Positions 58,146 through 64,000 of a stretch of 64,000 nt of DNA are shown in pieces. This DNA comes from Phycisphaerae bacterium (GTDB lineage: Bacteria > Planctomycetota > Phycisphaerae > UBA1845 > CAIVHJ01), in contig JAJVHX010000017.1 of NCBI GenBank assembly GCA_022072405.1, positions 64,141 through 128,140 of the forward strand, given 5' to 3'. The notes beneath the pieces are model-generated. The model saw only the letters and a list, made by a program, of their open reading frames with translations, did no database searches and was not told the origin of the DNA. The first letter of the stretch is position 1; each line of letters begins with the position of its first letter. Both the position numbers and the translations under genes were made by a program.

Positions 58146-58625
58146 ATGAGCACCTCGGATAAACAGTTGATTGAACAATTGACTCCCGCCAAGGCGCTGG
58201 CGCTGGGAATATATGGTGAGGATGTTGCAGCCTATGGTTATGTGCTGCTCTCTGAAAAAGCACCGCGTGAAGAGGATCGCGAGCAGTTTCGTGATATGAT
58301 CACCGAGGAACAAGAACATCGTGACCGATTACAGACGATGATGGATCGTTATTTTCCTGACACACACTATGTGCTGACTCCGGTGGAAAAGGAGCTGGTG
58401 GAAAGCGGTGTGCGTCCGGCACAGATTACCGATCAAGGTGGTTACGAACAGGCCTTACGCGTCGCCATTGAGTCGGAAGGTAAAACCGCCCGATTCTATG
58501 ATCAGATGTGGTCACGGATGGAGATCGAGCAAATCTGTAAAATTTTCCGCGAACTGGCAAGCGAAGGTTTCGATCATCAGCAACGGCTGCGCGATATCGC
58601 CACGGCAAATAACATCACCGCCTGA
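58146..58625 (+). CDS. ferritin-like / rubrerythrin-family domain protein
   Basis: 159 aa. Paired ExxH-like helices (EEQEHRDRL; ESEGKTARFY; LASEGFDHQQRL). Family-level call only. Confidence 0.6.
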   Translation: MSTSDKQLIEQLTPAKALALGIYGEDVAAYGYVLLSEKAPREEDREQFRDMITEEQEHRDRLQTMMDRYFPDTHYVLTPVEKELVESGVRPAQITDQGGYEQALRVAIESEGKTARFYDQMWSRMEIEQICKIFRELASEGFDHQQRLRDIATANNITA

Positions 58626-58682
58626 AGCGAACCCGCCCGATTACTATTCACGCAATCTATTACTCGCTCACCTCTATAATCC

Positions 58683-58767
58683 GGTACTGGTATCGTTTGA
58701 ACCCAAACCCACCCTGCTAAAGATTGCTCCCTTACGGTCGCGGCTCGGTGAAACTTTACCAGTACTC
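58683..58767 (+). repeat. MITE-like palindromic element, copy C
   Basis: GGTACTGGTATCGTTTGAACC ... GGTGAAACTTTACCAGTACTC. The 40-nt core is identical to copy B. Flanked by direct ATAATCC at 58676-58682 and 58768-58774. Confidence 0.8.
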
Positions 58768-58859
58768 ATAATCCGATGCTGATTGGGTAGTGTAGTGAAT
58801 TACAGTATGATACTGCTTTACGTTTTCTAAACCCGTGCGGCGCGAGCGGAGTGATGGTA

Positions 58860-59942
58860 ATGTCAGAATTAACCAAAGAAATGGTTATCGATCAATTGCG
58901 GCTGGTCAATGATCCGGAGTTGCATCGGGATCTGGTCAGCCTGAACATGGTGAAGAATGTGGCGGTTTGCGATGGACTGGTCAAGGTGCACATCGAATTG
59001 ACCACTCCGGCTTGCCCGCTCAAAGAGACCATCAGCCAGGATGTCACCCGCGTGGTGAAGCAATTACCCGGTGTTCACCAGGTGGTGCTGGAGTGGAGTG
59101 CCCGGGTTCGCGCCATGCCCCAGACCGCCAATGCTCTGCGCGAAGTGCGGAACGTGGTGGCCATCGGTGCCGGTAAGGGGGGCGTGGGCAAAAGTACCGC
59201 GGCGGTGCTGGTGGCGGTGGGATTAGCCCGCGATGGCGCCCGGGTCGGTCTGATGGATGCTGATGTTTATGGTCCGTCAATTCCCAAAATGATGGGAGTG
59301 GAAGAAGAGCGCCCCCAGTTACAAGGCAGCACCATCAAGCCGATCGAGCGGTGGGGCGTGAAGATCATGAGCATGGGGTTTCTGATCGATCGGCAGCGGG
59401 CGGTGATCTGGCGCGGACCGATGGTGCATGGGGCGGTGAAACAATTTCTGGAACAGGTGGACTGGGGTGAACTGGATTACCTGATCGTCGATCTGCCACC
59501 CGGCACCGGCGATGTGCCTTTGACGTTGGCCCAGAGCATACCCATGACGGGTTCGGTGGTGGTCTGCACGCCGCAGGATGTAGCCCTGCTTGATGCGACG
59601 CGGGCGGTGCGGATGTATCAGCAACTGAACGTGCCCTGTCTGGGTATCATAGAAAACATGAGCTACTATCTCTGCCCCCATTGCGGCCATCGTGACGAAA
59701 TCTTCGCTCACGGCGGGGCGGAGCGGGCTGCGGAGGAGCTGGGCGTTCCGTACTTAGGCGAGATACCGTTGAACATCACTATCCGCCAAAGCGGCGATGC
59801 CGGATCTCCCGTGCAGAATTTCGATCAATCGGAAGATTACATCAGCAGCGCAATTACGCAGGTGGTGCGTAACCTGGCGGGACGGATCAGCGTCAAGAAC
59901 ATGAAGAAGATTTCCTTGCCGACGATCAGTATTGAATCCTGA
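58860..59942 (+). CDS. apbC: Mrp/NBP35-family iron-sulfur cluster carrier ATPase
   Basis: N-terminal DUF59-like domain (LVSLNMVKNV...TTPACPL), Walker A GKGGVGKST, CPHC motif. The ATG at 58860 lies 9 nt after GGAG. Confidence 0.9.
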   Translation: MSELTKEMVIDQLRLVNDPELHRDLVSLNMVKNVAVCDGLVKVHIELTTPACPLKETISQDVTRVVKQLPGVHQVVLEWSARVRAMPQTANALREVRNVVAIGAGKGGVGKSTAAVLVAVGLARDGARVGLMDADVYGPSIPKMMGVEEERPQLQGSTIKPIERWGVKIMSMGFLIDRQRAVIWRGPMVHGAVKQFLEQVDWGELDYLIVDLPPGTGDVPLTLAQSIPMTGSVVVCTPQDVALLDATRAVRMYQQLNVPCLGIIENMSYYLCPHCGHRDEIFAHGGAERAAEELGVPYLGEIPLNITIRQSGDAGSPVQNFDQSEDYISSAITQVVRNLAGRISVKNMKKISLPTISIES

Positions 59943-60675
59943 TCAAAGCCAGTCGAGGCGGCGCGTGCGCGAATCACTTGCCAAAAAAACAATACGGGCC
60001 GGTCAGATTCTAAATCTGCTACATGATCACTATCCCGATGCCGACTGTGCTCTGCAACACCGTTCTGCGTGGCAACTATTGATCGCCACCATACTGTCGG
60101 CGCAATCCACCGACGAAACCGTCAATCGAGTCACACCCCGGTTATTTCGGCGATTTCCTTCACCGGCGGCGCTCAGTCAGGCGGAGACTGCTGAAGTTGA
60201 AAAACTGATTTATGCAACGGGATTTTTTCGACAGAAAGCACGACATATCATCAACAGCAGCCGGATCATCATGGATCAACACGGCGGTGAAGTACCTGCT
60301 GATCTGGAACAGCTAATTCTGCTACCCGGTGTAGCTCGCAAGACCGCCAATGTCATATTGGGAACATGGTTCAAGCAAAATGTCGGAATCGTAGTTGATA
60401 CGCATGTCGGGCGGATTGCTCACCGCTTGGCTATGACCTGGAACAGTCGAGACACGAAGGATGCGGTGAAAATCGAGCGCGACCTGCAAAAAATACTTCC
60501 ACAAGCGGAGTGGACCTTCATCAGCCACGCCCTGATCTGGCATGGTCGAAAAATCTGTCAGGCCCGGCGACCGGACTGCCTGCGGTGTCCGCTGCTTGAA
60601 TTGTGTCCTTCCGCACAGCAACCCGATGCTGTTTTAACAAAGAAAAAGAAGAAATCAACTCAGCAGCAGAGGTAA
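59932..60675 (+). CDS. nth: endonuclease III
   Basis: LIATILSAQSTDETVN, helix-hairpin-helix LPGVARKTANVILG, VDTHV, Fe-S cluster CQARRPDCLRCPLLELC. The start is uncertain: TTG at 59932 overlaps apbC, or GTG at 59965. Confidence 0.9.
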   Translation: MNPDQSQSRRRVRESLAKKTIRAGQILNLLHDHYPDADCALQHRSAWQLLIATILSAQSTDETVNRVTPRLFRRFPSPAALSQAETAEVEKLIYATGFFRQKARHIINSSRIIMDQHGGEVPADLEQLILLPGVARKTANVILGTWFKQNVGIVVDTHVGRIAHRLAMTWNSRDTKDAVKIERDLQKILPQAEWTFISHALIWHGRKICQARRPDCLRCPLLELCPSAQQPDAVLTKKKKKSTQQQR

Positions 60676-60680
60676 TCTAA

Positions 60681-61388
60681 ATGTCTGGCCGGCAATTCGA
60701 TGTGGTGTTTATGGATTTTTATGGAACGGTGGCGGCGGGAGATCGTCACATAGTAGAGCAGACCTGTGAGCGGGTGATCCGCGATCAGGAAATGTCCATT
60801 ACCGCACGGGAGCTGGCAGATCATTGGGGCCGTGAATTCTTCCGTGTGGCTGATGAGAGTAATCATCAGCAATTCCGTAACCTTTTTGAGTGTGAGTGCC
60901 TAAGCTTGATCAACACCCTGCAACACTATCAAGTGACCCTCGCTCCGGCGGATTATGTGCGGCCGATGCGCGATTATTTCCGCCAGCCGCCATTGCACAG
61001 CGATGCCCAGCCGGCCATGAATCGGCTGGTCGAACTGGGTGTACCTATCTGCTGCATCTCCAATATTGACGAGGAAGACCTGCAGGCGGCGATACGCCAT
61101 CATGCGTTACCGTTCACCGATTGGGTCAGTTCGGAAGCGGCTCGTTCCTACAAGCCGGACCGGCGTATTTTTGAGCAGGCGCTCGCCCAGACCCAGGTGG
61201 CACCACAGCGAGCATTGCATGTGGGCGATTCTCTGCATAGTGATATTGGCGGAGCCAGGGCGGTTGGAATTACCGCAGTTTGGATCGAACGCGACGGGCG
61301 TATCAGCGATATCGGAAGGAGTGCCCCAGATCGTAGAGTCAGCTCATTACTGGAGTTGGAAGAAATCGTAAAATTCGGTTGCCGATGA
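60681..61388 (+). CDS. HAD-superfamily hydrolase
   Basis: Motif I VVFMDFYGTV, motif II CCISNID, motif III/IV SYKPD ... HVGDSLHSDIGGA. GAGG lies upstream of the ATG. Confidence 0.75.
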   Translation: MSGRQFDVVFMDFYGTVAAGDRHIVEQTCERVIRDQEMSITARELADHWGREFFRVADESNHQQFRNLFECECLSLINTLQHYQVTLAPADYVRPMRDYFRQPPLHSDAQPAMNRLVELGVPICCISNIDEEDLQAAIRHHALPFTDWVSSEAARSYKPDRRIFEQALAQTQVAPQRALHVGDSLHSDIGGARAVGITAVWIERDGRISDIGRSAPDRRVSSLLELEEIVKFGCR

Positions 61389-61503
61389 TTTTGTGTGGTA
61401 TATAATTAACACGTGCTAACTAAAATAGGCGCAAGAGAGTTGGCACTACAATCCGTATAGCAGCTACCTCGACACTGCTGACACGGAAAGTGGAGGATGG
61501 ATC

Positions 61504-63630
61504 ATGAAAGGAATCAGTAAATTACGAACAGTACTTCTGCTGGTTTTGATTACCAGCTTAACACTGGGCAGCAATGTCCTGTTGGCGAAAGATAGCAAGG
61601 ATAAGCCGCAACGCAGCAGCCGACCGCAAACTCGGCGAGTAAGTCCCAGCCACAGATCGGCTAGTCCGCAACGTTCGCGGCCGGCCAGCAGTCCCAAAGC
61701 ATCAGCTGCACAACGGTCGTCGCCCGCAGCGGCTCGGCCGATCCAGCGTTCTGGTCAGCCTTCGGCACGCAAAGGTCAGCCGACCGTATCCCGTCCCAAG
61801 GTGACGCCGCGATCAGAATCGACTGCACCGCGTAGCAACTCCACGGGGCAGGGTATTCAGCGAAAGCCATCGCCGGGTCGCTCGGTCGCGCCGGCGAATA
61901 ATTCATCAGCGCAGTCACGCAACAACGGACAGTCCTCGGTTCGACGCTCCGCGCCAATCCGTCAGCCAGAAAGTACCCCGCAAGGTTCCACGGGTACTAC
62001 TGAATCCCGTCGATTCAGCCCAGGCGGCCGATCCGTTGATTCCAGTGTGAGCCGTCAGCGAATACTGGCTCCTTCGGGCATTAAACGTAGTCCGGGAGTC
62101 GCTACGCCCAGTTCACGTTTAGAGCGAACGGTGCCGAATAAATCGACGATCAATCAGGCGACTCCTAAGGTTACTCAGCGGCCGCTCTATCGTGGCCAGG
62201 ATCAAAGCCAGGTATCTCGCCGTGGCGTGCTCCAGCCACTGTTAGACAAGAACCGGACGTTGCGTCCTTCAGGTAGCAGCATCAAGGGCAACCGTCTTCT
62301 CCAACCGCAATCGGGCGGTAAAGGGGCAACCCAATCACCGGCTGGTCTGACACGCAAGCCCGGCAAGCCGGCGCCTGGCCAGTTGAATCAACAGAGGAGC
62401 GGTTCGTCATCCAATCTGAACGGACTGAAGGAATTCAAAACGCGCAGCGGCTCCAGTGGATATTACGGCAATTCCCAGCACAACGGCCATCATGCCAGTT
62501 ATGTGGGTAACCGCCATTCCAATGATGTGAATATTGACGTGGATCTCCATTTCGGCGGCGACGACCATTATTATCGTGGTTATCCGAGCGGCCATTGTGG
62601 AACCCGTTTCTATGGATGGCGAAGCTGGCCGACCTACAGCAGTTGTTGGTATCCAAGGGTATCGCCCTGCTATCCAAGCTACAGTGGGTGGTGGCCCAGC
62701 TACAGCTACTACCGTTCCAGTGGATTCAGCTTCTATTATAGTGATGATGATTTTGCCCTGGGACTCGGCTGGTGGGATCCCTGGCCCAGCACAGTAATAT
62801 ACGAAACGAATTTCGTACCCGTGGTGGGTTATCCGCAGGTGGTGACCAATTATATCCCCTGCTCGATTCCAAGTTATACGACAGTCTCTTATTATGAAAC
62901 CGTGCCTGCCATCGAGACGACGCTGCTCTATCAACCGGCCAGCAGCGGTGAGTATGAAATTGAATATGATTGGGATGACGATGAACTGGAGATTGAGATT
63001 GAAGCCGAAGATGGGGCTAGGTTAAATCCGGCTATGGTGGACCTGGCGATCGGGAATCAACCACTGGTCACCAGCCAATCCGGCACGACGGCTGTGGAAC
63101 CGAAATCTGCTCCGGCAGAAGCGGCTGCTGATCGGGAAGATTATCTGGGCGAGCGTTTGTCCCAGGCGGAAACGGCTTTCTCCCAGGGTGATTATCTCAC
63201 CGCCAAGCAGCACTTCACCGCGGTCATGCTTGAAGATATCAACAACGGTGCCGCCCGCATCGGTTATGGCCTGGTCAACTTCGTCAATCGCGATTATCGC
63301 ACGGCAGCGAGATCATTGCGGAAAGGGTTGACGCTCATGCCGGAAGTGATCGATCAGCCGTTCGACCTGACGGCCTTTTACGGTTCGCCGGAAAACCTGC
63401 GTGAACAAGTAACCCAGTTGGAGACTGTTCTGAAAAGCCAGCCGAAAAATGGTGATGCCTGGTTCGTGCTGGGATTTGTACAGTATTTCAGCCGTAACTA
63501 TGCCCAGGCGCAGAATGCCTTCAGCCAAGCCCTAAGCATTGAAGAAGACGATCAGGTAGCTCAGGTGATGCTGGATACGATCCAGCAGATGGCCTCCGTG
63601 CCGGCCATTGGGGCCATTCCAGCCAATTGA
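61504..63630 (+). CDS. secreted protein with basic Ser/Arg/Pro/Gln-rich region, aromatic-rich segment, acidic patch and C-terminal TPR-like domain
   Basis: GGAGGA lies upstream of the ATG. Signal peptide MKGISKLRTVLLLVLITSLTLGSNVLLA. Composition blocks are visible in the translation. Followed by a terminator-like hairpin. Confidence 0.65.
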   Translation: MKGISKLRTVLLLVLITSLTLGSNVLLAKDSKDKPQRSSRPQTRRVSPSHRSASPQRSRPASSPKASAAQRSSPAAARPIQRSGQPSARKGQPTVSRPKVTPRSESTAPRSNSTGQGIQRKPSPGRSVAPANNSSAQSRNNGQSSVRRSAPIRQPESTPQGSTGTTESRRFSPGGRSVDSSVSRQRILAPSGIKRSPGVATPSSRLERTVPNKSTINQATPKVTQRPLYRGQDQSQVSRRGVLQPLLDKNRTLRPSGSSIKGNRLLQPQSGGKGATQSPAGLTRKPGKPAPGQLNQQRSGSSSNLNGLKEFKTRSGSSGYYGNSQHNGHHASYVGNRHSNDVNIDVDLHFGGDDHYYRGYPSGHCGTRFYGWRSWPTYSSCWYPRVSPCYPSYSGWWPSYSYYRSSGFSFYYSDDDFALGLGWWDPWPSTVIYETNFVPVVGYPQVVTNYIPCSIPSYTTVSYYETVPAIETTLLYQPASSGEYEIEYDWDDDELEIEIEAEDGARLNPAMVDLAIGNQPLVTSQSGTTAVEPKSAPAEAAADREDYLGERLSQAETAFSQGDYLTAKQHFTAVMLEDINNGAARIGYGLVNFVNRDYRTAARSLRKGLTLMPEVIDQPFDLTAFYGSPENLREQVTQLETVLKSQPKNGDAWFVLGFVQYFSRNYAQAQNAFSQALSIEEDDQVAQVMLDTIQQMASVPAIGAIPAN

Positions 63631-63663
63631 GTTTCCTGATTTCTCCGATTCGCGTTCAGCAGC

Positions 63664-63698
63664 GAAAAAGCGGTTACCCTGCGGGGGGCCGCTTTTTC
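63664..63698 (+). terminator. terminator-like hairpin (A-tract / GC stem / T-tract)
   Basis: GAAAAAGCGG (63664-63673) pairs with CCGCTTTTTC (63689-63698), with a loop of about 15 nt. Begins 34 nt after the stop at 63630. Confidence 0.55.
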
Positions 63699-63938
63699 CG
63701 TTTATCGCAGTTTTGCTTGCTTGCGTATACCGAGCCATGAGGCGTGCCCCGGTTATATCAGCCGTCGAAAATTAACGATGGTTCGCACGTACGCAGAGCC
63801 GTAACGCGCCTTCATTCATCCTGCCACTGAATACACTTAAATATTAACCGCTCTAGCAATCAGTTGCCCTGATGATTGCTCAGGGCTTCGCGCTTGGTAT
63901 ACTAGCCGACTTGGGTTTATCTCCACCCCAGGTGTGCC

Positions 63939-64000
63939 ATGATCTACCATGTGATTCGCGTCATATTTGTCTTGCTGCTGGCCGGCGTTGGCAGCCGCTT
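63939..64000 (+). CDS. start of a membrane protein (3' end outside window)
   Basis: The ATG at 63939 opens MIYHVIRVIFVLLLAGVGSR..., a hydrophobic N-terminus, to the window edge. Only 20 codons are visible and no clear SD. Confidence 0.3.
   Translation, partial: MIYHVIRVIFVLLLAGVGSR

Overview
A 64-kb chromosomal segment of about 52% GC by eye. Gene content suggests a Planctomycetota-like or PVC bacterium, but that is a low-confidence inference: many large secreted repeat proteins, split glycine dehydrogenase gcvPA/gcvPB, archaeal-type apgM, and ExbBD without TonB-dependent receptors. I call about 47 protein genes, one tRNA-Leu(UAG), five intrinsic terminators and two kinds of repeat.

Most of the window is ordinary housekeeping:
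- proS, gcvPA/PB, thrC, a metY-like gene, apgM and eno
- a tight minus-strand block rny-ymdB-xseA-xseB-ispA-dxs-nadK
- miaB-clpS, a dsbD-like gene, apbC/mrp, nth and a HAD hydrolase

Features worth a second look:
1. 35.3-42.1 kb: a compact same-strand cluster of vWA, TPR-like, ExbB, ExbD, ExbD and a giant TPR lipoprotein. The vWA protein carries a TonB-type membrane anchor signature (PW..SxxxH) but no TonB C-terminal domain. This is my best candidate for an undescribed proton-motive-force-driven envelope system.
2. 27.3-33.9 kb: a 2190-aa M6-like metalloprotease with huge insertions, a Cys-rich triple motif, six PKD repeats and a Cys/TM/Arg C-terminal sorting signal.
3. 17.8 kb: an orphan small gene with a double-glycine-type leader and a Trp-rich then Ser/Val/Thr-rich core.
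4. Three copies of an 85-91 bp MITE-like element. It has terminal inverted repeats, and two copies have 7-bp target-site duplications.
5. 25.95 kb: four tandem 22-bp units built from TTGACCA/TGGTCAA half-sites in 11-bp phase.
6. 22.1-26.6 kb, next to the tRNA: three consecutive damaged genes. These are an OprB porin with an in-frame TGA, a CHASE4 histidine kinase with a 1-nt frameshift, and a receiver domain with no start codon.

All family assignments come from motifs read by eye in the translations. No database search was possible.
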